Below are positions 26,701-38,143 of a DNA stretch of 62,000 nucleotides, in pieces. Below the pieces are notes generated by a model, which searched no databases, was not told the DNA's origin, and saw nothing but the letters and a program-made list of their open reading frames with translations. The stretch is from Acanthaster planci (lineage: Eukaryota), in contig NW_019091400.1 in NCBI RefSeq assembly GCF_001949145.1, positions 1,302,001 through 1,364,000 of the forward strand, given 5' to 3'. Within the stretch, counting starts at the first letter, position 1, and every line of letters starts with the position of its first letter. The translations under genes were made by a program, and so were the position numbers.

Positions 26701-29700
26701 GAAGTACTCATTTTATCGATGGAGATGCATTCTGAGTTGACTAGGACTGTTTGACTATTTGTTGGCCTAGGGTATTTTTATCTAAAAATCTTGCCGAGGC
26801 ATTGTTGAGAAAACTTGACAATATTTTCAGAATTTAAAAACAAACTTGAATTCAGTGTTGCTTTAAGTAATGGCCACTTTGGCACTTGGTAATTTACTCT
26901 CAAGCAAAAACACCAGAGATTTTTGTTGTTATTAACCAATCAAAGAAGTCATTATATAATTATAAGTCAAAATAGTTGTAAGTCATTACAAAGAACAAAT
27001 GAATAATTTGATTTACACTGAGATCAAGAAAAACAGGTATTTGTTCCAATTTCTTGTCGCCTATGTTTCATATTTAAATTCCTCCACTGTTACAATCTTT
27101 TTGTATGTATCCTGTCGTAAATCCTTCACTAATCATGGCAGCTTTGCCCAATCGGTGGAATGCATCTCAGGTGCTGTGGGGCCAACACTAATGTTGCCAG
27201 CCAAATCCATTGAGCTGAGTGGTTGAGCTGTTGAGCCCTCTGTACTAGGAAGTAGAAGATTGTGAGTTTGAGTCCCACCCTGGCAGACCCTAGGAGTCTT
27301 TCTCCCAGGCTGCTGGGATACGGCTTTAGCAAGCCCCCCCATGTTTAACCTTTTTAAAAAAATGAAAGTGCCACTAGAAAAAGGTGCTACCTTTCAGGGG
27401 TTGTGGATTCTAGTACGTGTATTTATTCTTGAAAATGATTGGAGTTTGGGGGGTTTGTTTTGCAGAAAATCTTGAGCCCGACGTCAAACAGCGTGTTGTG
27501 TTCATAACAGCCAGGGTGCATCCAGGAGAGACACCTGCATCATATGTCTGTCAAGGTTGGTGGTCTACCTGCATGAATGCTAGTCATGTAGTTCTTTTTT
27601 TCATTTGGCATAGTTGAAGAAAACAAGTTGGGCTGTTATTGGTTGCTGGTTCATCATGGCCAAGTGTCTGATGTTTTCAGCTGAAACACACTAACCATGT
27701 GTTCATTACAGTCACCCATTCATTGCAGGCTGCATGGTTATTGTGGCCATGTGACAGTTGTATTAAATTGTCCATTTTGGCTGCCTTTCTTGTGAGGCCA
27801 TTTGTGCATTTTGGTCACTTATTCTTTATGGCCACTTCGCCATTTTGGCCACTTAACCACTGTGGCCACCTGCCCATTGTGGCCACTTTGAACCCATCAT
27901 TGCTACCTGCCCATTATGGCCACATTTCCACTGTGGCCATAGGGGGGTCCCAATATGACGCTTTTAGCGTCGATCTGCGCACTTCCGCGTTTAAAAACAA
28001 GGCTGTATGTTTCAGCTTCAATTCTTAATACGATCAGACGCTTGAAAGTGAGGAGTCAAGACACAAAATACATAAAGGTATGTTAAATTCAGAATTTACA
28101 GGCTGGAAATGTTTGTGGAAGAGTTTTTCAGGAACACTTGACATGTAAAATCTAAAGAAAAATAGCGACAATTGACCGCAAACTAACGTACCGGCGATGG
28201 TCGTGTATCTTGTGCAGTGGGCGTGGTTTAAACTGAAGTGGCGTCACACTTACAAATCGGATACTCCATGTACTGTGTGGACTCCGCGGGCGCGCACGAC
28301 GAAGTTCAACACAGAGAGCCTCGGTTTCGATGCAGATATGCGCAGACGGCGCTAATGTGAAATCCCTCTATTTCCTATCAAGGCCATCTTTTTACTGTTG
28401 GAATGCAGCTAAATGAATCTTTGAGGCTACCGTGGACGTAAGAGCCACTCTGAATTTTAAAGTTGCCAGAAAGTGTTATGATTTGGCCCTTCTTGGGCTT
28501 TTATTCTCCCCAGGACTGATAGACTTTCTACTGAGTCAACACCCAATAGCCAAAGTGCTGCGGGACCATGTAGTGTTCAAGATTGTGCCAATGCTGAATC
28601 CTGACGGAGTTTATCTGGGCAACTACAGGTCAGGACAAACAGGAGGTGTGGGGAGGGGAGACTCCAGGAGAGGGGTATCATAAGGGATGGGTGGATAGGT
28701 GAAAGGGGAAGCAGTTGATTCTAAGTATTGGAGGTCAGGAAGTAGAAAAGGCTGCAAAAGATGTTTCTGTCCTTCTGGAAATCATGCTGGATGTTGAGAG
28801 AGGAAGTTTCTGGATAACAGATAAATGTATGGGAACTTGTCAGTGTACTGGTAGGTATCTTATGTATCTTAGATGGTAACAAATCTTGAAGGTCAACTTC
28901 CCATTTTGGCTTTGATAAGCTTTTGTTTGTAAAACAAGTTATCATATGAATATTTTCCTGGGATTTGACCGAATGCAATAAAAATCTAAATATTACAGTT
29001 TCTTGATTGCTTTTTTTTTTAGTAGCAGCCGTCCTTTAAAGCCTCATTGTCAAACTTTGTGGCAACATTTTGAACCTTCTGTTCAATAGAGATGATACAT
29101 GTACCTTGTTAGACCATCTCCCTTGTCTCTTATTCGCTCTCTCTCCTTCTTGCCTGCTCAGGTGTTCCCTGATGGGCTTTGACCTGAACCGACACTGGCA
29201 TGAGCCATCGCCCTGGGCACACCCAACTCTGCACGCCAACAAGCATCTTCTCATGGGCATGAATGCCAGCAGCGTAAGTTCAAGGAACCTACGGGTGAAC
29301 TGGAATGTGGTCGGGGACACCCTGGCATCTGAACTGGGCGAGAAAAGAGACACAAATAAACAAGCAGATAAAAGCATCTTCCAATCAGCTGATTACCTGT
29401 GGTTATGTACTCTCTATGTATGCCATTAGAATTCTAAAATTGTTGCAGTGGTTTGTGAGCAATACATTTCCTTCTTGTTTTGACTTCCTAGTTGCATGCA
29501 TAAAGTCCAAGTGGGAGAAAGCTAGGAGAGCAAGTAAACAAACAACTTTTCCTTGTATCAGCTGGTATCTCTGCTTGTGTACTTCATGATCTTCTGTGAA
29601 TTTAAAATGCTTTAAAAAGTCTTGACCAATCTTTCCTCTAAATTCCAGAATTGGACAAAATTGAAGAAATCGAAATGTTGTTTCGGGACAGTGCAATTAT

Positions 29701-32700
29701 GCTACTTGTAGGCAACAAATGATTGGGATGATTTTTTTTATCTAAGTCAGTTATTTGCATGAGAGTCTTTAAAAGCATCGCCTGTCTTCCTTTCTTGGTA
29801 CTTTGATGAAATTAAATGAAACGTTGACAATCTACTCCCCATATCTCTACTGTTATGCTGTGCTTATTCTCTAAACCCTCACTGTCCAACTGTTTGTGGT
29901 AGCAAGTATTCTGAAATTTGTCCTGAAGCAACAAGTCTTCTAAATAAGTAAATCAGCTCCACTCAAATCCCAGAACATGGGCATTATTTGTATTTTATCA
30001 CAGAAACTTGGATATGAGTTGTTGTTCAGTGTACGCATATATTAAGTAATTACCTCAGCTTAGTGAAAGCAACAGTGTTTTTTCCTGCCATTTTCAAATT
30101 CCCTTTGTATGTTATATGTTATAATACATTCTTTCCATCCATTCAGGTTAAGAATAAACCGAGGAGCATACATTTAATTTTTCTGTGGCTTTACAAAGGG
30201 TGAATTTTCAAAAATAAAACTCAAAGTTTAAGTACACCGTTCCTTTCACTACTCACAGAAAATGGATGTTGACTTCTATGTTGACATTCATGCCCACTCC
30301 ACACTGATGAACGGTTTCATGTACGGCAATGTGTATGACGACCCTGTGCGCTATGAGAAACAAGCAGTCTTTCCTAGGCTGATGTGTGCTAATGCTGAAG
30401 ACTTCTCAATGGTGAGTGAGGGTCATTTTCAGAAAAATAGGAACAGATGAGCTTTTCGAAATTTCCTCTAAATTTACTTTGATAAAGGGTGATTTCTTTT
30501 GATAAAAGTAACAAAAAGCTGTCGCAAGAGTGTATTAATGAGAGTACAATGTATGCCTCAGACAAGAATACCCCCCCATTTTGTGGAACCTACGATTCAA
30601 CTTGTTTTAATAAGTGACCCATCTTCAGTATCTGGTTCGTGTGACGTCACTTCAGTTTAAACCACACCCACTGCACGCGTGCACTGCTCATAGGGTTACA
30701 TGCTTTGATCGCCATTTACATGGAACCATGGAACGGGAAGTTAACGCGCAACTTCAGCGATTTTCCAATGAGAGCCTGCAAATCGTGGTGCGTCCACCAT
30801 TGTGAGGAAGTCACTTATGACCCGGATAGAGCTGGAGCTGGTGTCATAAATGTCCCAGAAGCCCACATGTTTGTGCTGTACATTCATACCGGTAGTATCG
30901 TATACATGTACTGTGCTACTGTATAACATATTTAATAAGTGACTCACAAGTCAAACCAGGATTTACCTGTTATTCCAAGGAGACTTCAAAGAAGCAAGTT
31001 GATTCTCTGACTCAGAAAAGTGAACAAGAATGAGCCAGTTCGGTATTTCAAAAAGGTGAAGTCTTTCGGGAACAAAGCGCATGTGTGAGTCAACATACAT
31101 GTGTGGCTGTGCTGATACTGAGATTGTCACACACATAGCTGTTTCCGAATAAGCCTCTTACTGGGCATGCGCTGTTGGAATACTGATATTGACACATTGA
31201 TTCAATACAGAAGTGTAGATCCTACTACCAAAATGAATTGAGATCTTGAGTGCCAGCATGTGTGAACATTACAGATGGATGTTCTTAGATCAACCCAAGT
31301 TTTGCTTCATGAGAGGTTACCATATTTTACAATCTGCTTGTTATTTTGGTGTTATTCTTGTGAATGGTATGCTTTCCACTCAGCACACTTGGAGGACAAA
31401 AGCAGATATTTATCTCTTGTAGAGTTTGTGAAATTCCTGTCTGACTGTAGCAGTGCCTACTCAGCAACTTTATTATAACTTTTTTTTTCAACATGTTTGA
31501 GTAAGAAAAAAACTCCCAAAAGTTTCAAAAGCTTTCTTGTTAGAAAGTAGCTTGGATCACAGCCAAGCCACTTTCCTAATACCTGAGTGATTTCTATCGA
31601 TCACGTATCCCCAATGACCACCATCAAATACAAGTTGTGGGGCAATTACCCTCCATTTCTTCCCTTTGACATTCCTGGAGCCTTGAACGCCAGACTTTAC
31701 CTTTCCCCACTCGTGAAAGTACATTCAAATTCCTCCTTTTTTCCCCTCAATGTAATCTGTCCTTGGCATTTTGACGTATACGTGTATATATAGAGAGAGA
31801 ATTGCTCTGGGCACGGTCCTGATTGTATTGGATTATTTGAAGGGTGCTTGCGTCGTCTAACTGGCCCTGAAGTACAAGGGTGTGTTGGTAATCTAGGCAT
31901 CTGTCTGTCCTTCTATTCTTAGCATGTCCAGCTTGACTCACAGTTGTGGCACTTTCTTTTCTCTATCCCCCCCCCAAGATCTGACAGTAGGGAGAAGGAA
32001 GCATATCATCTTACAGGTCACTTGTCTCAGTCTATAAAGCACCCTGAATCAGATTAACCAAACACTTGTTGTACATCTGAATTTTCTTTGGTCGTATCAT
32101 AACAATTTGTTGATTTTTATGTGGGGGACTGGGAATGAAATCCTTGTAATAATTGAGCTTGGAAGGAGGACTAAAGATAATTTGTGTGATGCTTTTTAAT
32201 AAAGCTTGGCCTTGGATCATGCTGTAGGTGATTGCAAGGACTTCCGTCTTCATAGAATTTTAATGCAATTTATTCCCTTTTTTTTTTTTTTTACACAAGG
32301 GCGATTCACACAATCTTAACGCTTCCTGGCCAGTGACAACTCTAATTGCTCCATGTAGGGGTGTAGTTTATACAGGATTGAACCTCCGTGGGACGTATTC
32401 CGTTTGTGCTGTGAAATTGCGGCCTTTGCTCACCTGGTTATTGAAATGCACATAGAGCCAGACTTTTCTTCTATATTAGAGCGCAGTACATTTAAAGCAG
32501 GTCTGATCGGATGTCCTACACATGCCATTTGTAAGAATCCTCAGTGATTACCCCTCAGTTTATCATCCTTTTTCTGTCATAAGCTAAACTCGTTCCAGCT
32601 TGTTTTACAAGTAGGTAGACATCAGCCCTGGTTTCTACTCTTCCTCGCGGACATGTTTGAAAAATGTCCGTCAGATACATGTATATAATGTTCAAAGAAT

Positions 32701-35700
32701 TTTCTGGTGTATTCCTTAGTCCTTACTGTCTGTCACTTGTTAAATCCAATTAAATTGGATGATTGATATATTTTGTAAGCCTTTGAAAATGTGTTTAGTT
32801 GAAAAAAATGAAGATATATTGGTTTATTAACAAAATTTGAGATGATGTCACTAGACATCAATTATCGGCAAACATTAATAATACCTGAAGCAGTGAATTA
32901 ATTTCAACTTAAAAAGATGAATGCAGTGAAGGACAATATGAATGACAAGTAGACACTTGGACTTGAAATAAATTGCCTGTAATTTAGCCAGATCTTCACC
33001 AGGAAGAAATCAGTTGAGAAATGCTTAATGTTTTTTTTTACAGGACAGCAATCTGCAAAAATTATGAAGGGGGTTATTGAATTGAAAGCCCGCTGTCGCC
33101 GACAACCGTTGCCTAATGACAGACTCTGTGTAATATGTAGAGCATGCTTTGGGGAGGTCAAGTGGGAGTGAAATATGATCCTTTTAGTTTTTCTCCAAAT
33201 CTAAATTTTCACAATCATCATTTGTTTTCTTTTGTCGAAAAGATTTTTTTTTTCAAAGACACATCGAGCATTGCGTGCCCTTTATTAGTCAAGAATGCAT
33301 GTGGTAGCATGTGAAATTGTTTGATCTAGCGTTCTGATTCCTCTCCTGTATTTGTGTGGTTGTGAAATTTGCCATTTAAAATAAATTCTGCCTTCCAAAA
33401 CGTACACTGTCTGTACATAGTAATCTATTCCTGCCAGGGCTATTTGAATTTCCCCCAATTTAGCTTGTCAGGTTTTAATTTCGTTTAAAGCTTCTTTGTG
33501 CAACTTTGATGTCTTTACAATAGTTGTTTGAAGTTTGGAGCCTCAACAATTTTTTCCTTAGCCAATCAGAATCAAGTATTAAACTTTACAATCAGTATGA
33601 GTCACGAAGAAGTTGCAGCGAATACATATATAGAAAAAAAGAAAGACGATATCAATCGCAGTGACCAAAAAAAAAAATCTTTGTGGCAGGATTTATGAGG
33701 TAAGAACATTTTCCCGACGGGTCGTAGGAGATTTAAGAATTAGTCACACGTCAGAGGGTCAGACAATCCACCTGGCGATGATTTTGGCGCCAAATCTATA
33801 GTCGAAAAAAAAATAAAATAAATGAAGAGAGAGGGAGAGACGTAACCTTGACGCAGATGAATTTAGTGTTTTTAAGCATGAATTTAGTGGCATGAGTCAC
33901 AGTATGGCAGAGTACATTCCGATACTTTGTGTCCAGACTGGCTCGCCAGAGCTAAGCAAAAAAAAAAAAAAAAAGGTCTCGGGGACACATGGTGGGCTCA
34001 GGTGACATTACAGGGAGAGAGGGAGAAACGCCGGACTAGTCACACTCGATCACCTGGGAGCTTGTGGGCTGCTATGAGTGGCGTAATGTAGTTCCGTCCG
34101 CAGACCCCCCCCCTCCAATCACCCCCCCCCCCCCCGAGCTGACGAATAGTCTGATACGTCACATGCGATCATCGATGACTGTACAGTGCATTTGATTACG
34201 AACCGAGTTGGACAAATCTTCTGAACGGGCATACAGAGTGGACCAGGGACGCACAAACAAGTGATTCATTCAATTCAGGCCACATTATACACACTGGCAC
34301 CTGTTGACTGAAATTCTTTGTGGAATTCTTTTTTTTCCTTCTTTTTTGTTTGTGTTGCACGTGAGTCAGATATTCTGCTTGGTCTCATCAGACTTTTACC
34401 GTGCCAATTTGTTTTACCGTATCTAGAAAAGTCTTTGAGACTTCACCATCAGTTTTGGAGAAAATCAAATTGTAATCCAAAAACTGATATTAGTAATACT
34501 TTTCCCGCTTTCTCCTGACACCATCAAAATAGTCTGTTTTTTTTTTTTTAATTTTGCCAAGTTAATGACTCTCAAGTCTGGATTTAAGAATCCTGTAAAT
34601 GAATTTGGTAAGGAAAATGTTTGAGTAAAGCAAAGTGGAAGCTGCCACTGCAAGTGTCTCTTGGAAATGCAGAGGTTTACTTTTGACTTGGTTATAGTCA
34701 TTGCGCACGCTTATTTTAGCCACAGATTTTCACCCTCCTTGACTATGGCAGTCTAACTGGTCAAATCCCTTAGTAAAGCTGTGACAAAATCGGAAGTCAA
34801 GTTTGGGGGGGGGCACTTCAGGTGATGTTGAATGCCCAACTATTAAAACTTTTATGGCATCAAGCGAGGGCGCTGTAGCACTTTGACAGGTACCACTTTT
34901 TTTCCATCAAAACCAAATTCTTCAACTTCCAAAGGTTTGCAGGGTGTTCCTGTTAACCACTACAACAAAACGTAATATGTGCCCAAATTGTGTCTAATTC
35001 TTCTAAAGTGGAAAACAGAAAAATAGTAAGTAATAAGGTTTTTGTTAAGCTGAGAAACTTGCATGTGTATTTTTTTTCCCCTGGTGGAATAAAAAAAATC
35101 TTTGCATTTATTGCTCCCTTAGGAAATTGTATGTGGTAATGGGACGGGCATGCATTCACAAATTAGAACTAAAAGCCCACTACTTTGCTGTACTTAGGTC
35201 TATTATGTGAAATTGAAGGCTCTAATCAGGCAGCACGCTTCATGAGAGCTGTCGGGGCAGCAGAAAGAGAAGAGATGAAAAACACGCAGGAAGAAGTAAA
35301 AAAAGCAACGGGAAGATGGCCTCAAGCCGTCTTTTTTTTCTCTTTTTGTCTGTTTCTCTCTTGAGTTAGTTTGCTCTCAGGACAGATGTTTTGTGCAGGA
35401 TTTTTTTTTTTTTTGGCTGTTCATTCACCTCGGATTTTAAGATTTTTCTTGTGATTTGGAGGAACGTTGGCTGTTGATTAAGACGAATGCAGAGGGGAGG
35501 ATAAGAGGAAAAGATTTGATTTAGGAGAGAGAAAATCTTATCATGTTAACTGCTTGTATTACTGTTGAGGAAAGATACAAGAGATTGAGTTTGAAATCAC
35601 AAATAGACGACCGTTTGTAGAAGAAATTGCATGTGTTACTGTCGGGTAGAAATTTTATTTGTAATTGTTTTCTAGCATGTTTTCTTTTGCAGATACAAGT

Positions 35701-38143
35701 TATAGAGCAACATTTATGTTTTACTTACAATAATAGTGCTATATCCAACAAGTATTTTCAAAGTCCGTGTTACAGCTATAATGCCTTCTGTTCAGTTTCA
35801 TTGTGGACTGATCCTCAGGTTTTGTTTGTTAGGTTTGCAGCATTAGCTGTGTTTATAGGCCTGTTTCTTTCTCAGACATGGATTATGATCGGCCGTCCAT
35901 CATTGGTTTGCTGACATTAGAACCTGCCTAATGGATGGTGCAAACCAGCTTTGGGATCAACTGATCGAGATGCAGAGTCGTACGAAACAAAAAGCCCCCA
36001 TTATCATGACTTTGAATGCAGTTCCTATTCAGAGGGCATATTTAAGGCGCTTAGTTTTTTCATGTAGTAGAATGTTGACATTTACAATTGAGAAGCTGCT
36101 GGCATAGAGGCGAGCAGCTAACTTGAAGGATGTGGGTGTCGGATCAGTTCAGTCAATTTTGTTGTTTAATGACCAAAAAAATGGTATGGAGTTGGCTGCA
36201 AACTGTTTTGCCTGCAATTACATGTAAATGTGTTGCTGTTAAATGCTTGATGTGAGAAAACCATGATGTCATTAACTGAAATTGCATTTCTTGGAGTTAT
36301 TTCGCAGATTTGTTTCTGAGTTGACTTCCTAATTTTTGCCTAAGTTTCTTATTGCACAGCAAAAGAATTGAAGGCAGTGTTTAATTCATTCAGGGGCTGT
36401 CTGCTCCGAACGGAACAAAAGAGGGCCTTTTTTTGGTACTCACCACATAGGTGCACCATGAAGCGTGCAAGTATTTGCGCATTTAATGCGGAGCACACTG
36501 AGCATGCATAATTAATTTATTCTGGTGTGCATAGTTTTTGCATACACGCAGAACGCGTGCAAGAACCTGCTTGTAACCACCTGTCTTTCTTTCGCCAATT
36601 GGGGGTGCACTTCAGCTCGGGGTGGATAGCGCCCAACAGCTAATGTATCTAGAGTTCATTGTGCCTTTAATGGAGTACAGGTACATGTGTATTTTCCACA
36701 AGCAATTATGCATTCAACAAAGCACATAAGGCAACTTCATATGACGTGTAGCACGGGAACTTAACTAGTACAGGAACCTGACTTGATGAAGAACGTACCG
36801 ATTGCATAGACATTGACTTGTGTAGGAACTTAACTTGCACAGGAATTCTGCTTATATAAGAACTTGACTGATGTGGATAGGAAACTCTTCTGTGTATAGC
36901 TTAACTGCTAAGAGACTTCGACACTATCAAACGAGGCCTCATTACACTGCATGTAAACATTTAAGTTCTGTACACTTTACTGTTCATACTTCCACACACT
37001 GGTTGGGCTTGCACATACTGAGTACAAATGCATGTGGGTCCAGGCTATCCTGGATTTGGGATACGGAAAGTGTGAAGAATTCATTTCAGATATTCCAGAT
37101 ACAGGCCTGAAATGGAAAGAGCTAAGCTTATTGGTAGATTAGTGCATGTTCCAAACCTTGGTGTGAGAGGTTGGTATTCCTGCAGCAGGAAATGATCACA
37201 GCATGAACACACAAGTTCCCAAGCCGAACATCCGGAGGTGCACTTTACTGTTGTTATTCTCTGTTCCCGCGTTCCAGATGAACACATCCTTCAACCGGGA
37301 TGCAATGAAGGCGGGGACAGGGCGTCGGTTCCTGGGCGGCATCCTGGACGAGAACTCACTGTGCTACACGCTGGAGGTGTCATTCTTCTGCTATTCCACC
37401 AACGGGGGCAGCACACTGGTGCCCTACGACGAGGAAGGATGTATCCTTTAAGAATGGGGTGTCCGTCAGCAGACTGGATGAGGCGGTGGCATGCTTTCAT
37501 ATTTACTTGCATTTAGCTGTTGGCTGTAGTAGAGTGATCATGTACATTGTAGGCTACATTGCACCACCACATTTGTGAGTGTTCGAAAACTTGATATGCC
37601 CTGTCGGTCAAAAAGGCATTGAATGGGTATTTTTGGCCTGATTGTAAGCATATTATCCTCACAGTAATGGCTTTTAATTTAGGTCACCAAGTTAGTCACA
37701 TTGGCACCCCGTGGTAACAAGCCATTGTCACCATGTGGCAGGTTTTCACAGATTGTGTCACATTTTGGTCACTGTAATTACATTGGTCACTGTTGAGGAG
37801 CCTTCCTTTCTTCGCCCCCCACACACCCCCTCACTCCTCCCCCTCCAAAAAAATTCAATCTTGCTGTGGTCTTATCTTCTGGGCTTGGCACCTTGGCTCC
37901 GTGTCTTGCCCATAAAAAAGGTATTTTTTCAGGTTGGTTTTTTTACCTGTGGGGGTTCATATTCCATCCTACCCCCCGCAAAAATGCATCACATAATAAA
38001 ATGTATAAAAATGCTTCGATTCTTAACCAGCCCTGGCAGACATGAGACTGGGACGTAACCTGGCCAAGACCTTCTTGGACTACTACAAGTTGACTTCCCT
38101 AATTCAGCCCAAGCCCACCGTCCTACCCCTCAACCACACCCAG
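2510..38143 (+). CDS. AGBL4: AGBL4 / cytosolic carboxypeptidase 6 (M14D tubulin deglutamylase), partial spliced gene model (5' exons upstream of window; terminal exon uncertain)
   Basis: Exons 2510-2726, 15711-15750, 27466-27555, 28514-28628, 29162-29273, 30259-30411, 37278-37440 and 38040-38143 join in frame with AG/GT boundaries. The peptide has recognisable CCP6 motifs: NVYYYRCPDHRKNYVMSF, FAYCYPYSY, ARVHPGETPAS (Zn-binding His/Glu), PMLNPDGVYLGNYRCSLMGFDLNRHW, DIHAHS (Zn His), CYTLEVSF (catalytic Glu), LGRNLAKTFLDYY. Confidence 0.96.
2898..3174. mobile_element. Diverged MITE related to the 8846-8993 element
   Basis: Starts CAGGGCCCAATTTCACAGTGCTGCTTAA and ends TTAGCAGCAGCGTGAAATTGTG (imperfect TIR with the same terminal motif). 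Confidence 0.55.
8846..8993. mobile_element. Short MITE-like inverted-repeat element
   Basis: About 40-bp imperfect TIR: AGGGCCAATTTCATAGAGCTGCTTCAGCACAAAATTTGC / GCAAATTTTGTGCTTAAGTAGCTCTATGACATTGGTCCCT. Confidence 0.75.
9290..9396. other. Assembly gap (N run) inside the minisatellite
   Basis: N characters. Confidence 1.
9588..9980. mobile_element. Palindromic non-autonomous DNA transposon (MITE, hAT-like), 393 bp
   Basis: Termini CAGTGATGTAGTGGAGTACTTT / AAAGTACTCGACTACAGCACTG; 8-bp TSD GTGTTAGG (9580-9587, 9981-9988); arms are complementary through to the centre at about 9777. Confidence 0.85.
15711..15750 (+). CDS. AGBL4: AGBL4 40-nt microexon: QQRRLDLLTISAP
   Basis: ccactacag| acceptor, |gtatgt donor. 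Resembles the CCP6 segment QQRKLDLLTITSP and bridges phase 0 to phase 1. Confidence 0.93.
15824..16194. mobile_element. Degenerate MITE-like element with repeated (CC/AA)TGGAAAA subterminal motifs
   Basis: Clusters of TGGAAAA/TCCTGGAAAA near both ends; weak terminal complementarity. Confidence 0.4.
27210..27340 (+). mobile_element. Degenerate tRNA-derived SINE-like fragment
   Basis: AGCTGAGTGGTT (A-box-like) and GTGAGTTTGAGTCCCACCC (B-box-like, similar to the 61.9-kb copy). Confidence 0.4.
27466..27555 (+). CDS. AGBL4: AGBL4 exon: ENLEPDVKQRVVFITARVHPGETPASYVCQ
   Basis: tttgcag| acceptor, |gttggt donor; HPGE Zn-binding motif. Confidence 0.95.
27939..28371. mobile_element. CpG-rich MITE-like element
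   Basis: Imperfect TIR ATAGGGG...TTAGCGTCGATCTGCGCA / TGCGCAGACGGCGCTAA...CCCTCTAT; an internal 38-bp motif recurs inverted at 30639-30676. Confidence 0.55.
28514..28628 (+). CDS. AGBL4: AGBL4 exon: GLIDFLLSQHPIAKVLRDHVVFKIVPMLNPDGVYLGNYR
   Basis: ctccccag| acceptor, |gtcagg donor; NPDG motif. Confidence 0.95.
29162..29273 (+). CDS. AGBL4: AGBL4 exon: CSLMGFDLNRHWHEPSPWAHPTL...ASS
   Basis: Pyrimidine tract plus ctcag| acceptor, |gtaagt donor; DLNR motif. Confidence 0.95.
30259..30411 (+). CDS. AGBL4: AGBL4 exon: KMDVDFYVDIHAHSTLMNGFMYGN...AEDFSM
   Basis: ctcacag| acceptor, |gtgagt donor; DIHAH Zn ligand. Confidence 0.95.
37278..37440 (+). CDS. AGBL4: AGBL4 exon: MNTSFNRDAMKAGTGRRFLGG...CYTLEVSF...PYDEEG
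   Basis: gttccag| acceptor, U12-type donor |gtatccttt; catalytic Glu motif. Confidence 0.95.
37441..38039 (+). other. U12-type (minor spliceosome) GT-AG intron of AGBL4
   Basis: 5' splice site GTATCCTTT. Branch-point-like TTCTTAAC at 38020-38027, about 12 nt before the AG, with no polypyrimidine tract. Splicing restores EEG-Y-MRLGRN. Confidence 0.9.
38040..38143 (+). CDS. AGBL4: AGBL4 exon: YMRLGRNLAKTFLDYYKLTSLIQPKPTVLPLNHTQ
   Basis: ctggcag| acceptor, |gtcagt donor. Resembles CCP6 YMKLGRNVARTFLDYY. The 3' boundary is less certain. Confidence 0.88.

Noticed and set aside
26877..26902. TTTGGCACTTGGTAATTTACTC resembling the miR-96/182/183 family 5' end
   Set aside because: Only the seed-like part matches and I see no convincing precursor hairpin.
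2727..27465. Nested protein-coding gene in AGBL4 introns (as BEND5 is in vertebrates)
   Set aside because: None of the intronic ORFs on either strand resembles a known domain or forms a phase-consistent exon chain. Very small exons cannot be excluded.
27740..27940. Degenerate TGTGGCCAC tandem repeats (similar decayed arrays at about 36757-36885 and 57340-57710)
   Set aside because: Old low-complexity intronic repeats with no sign of function.
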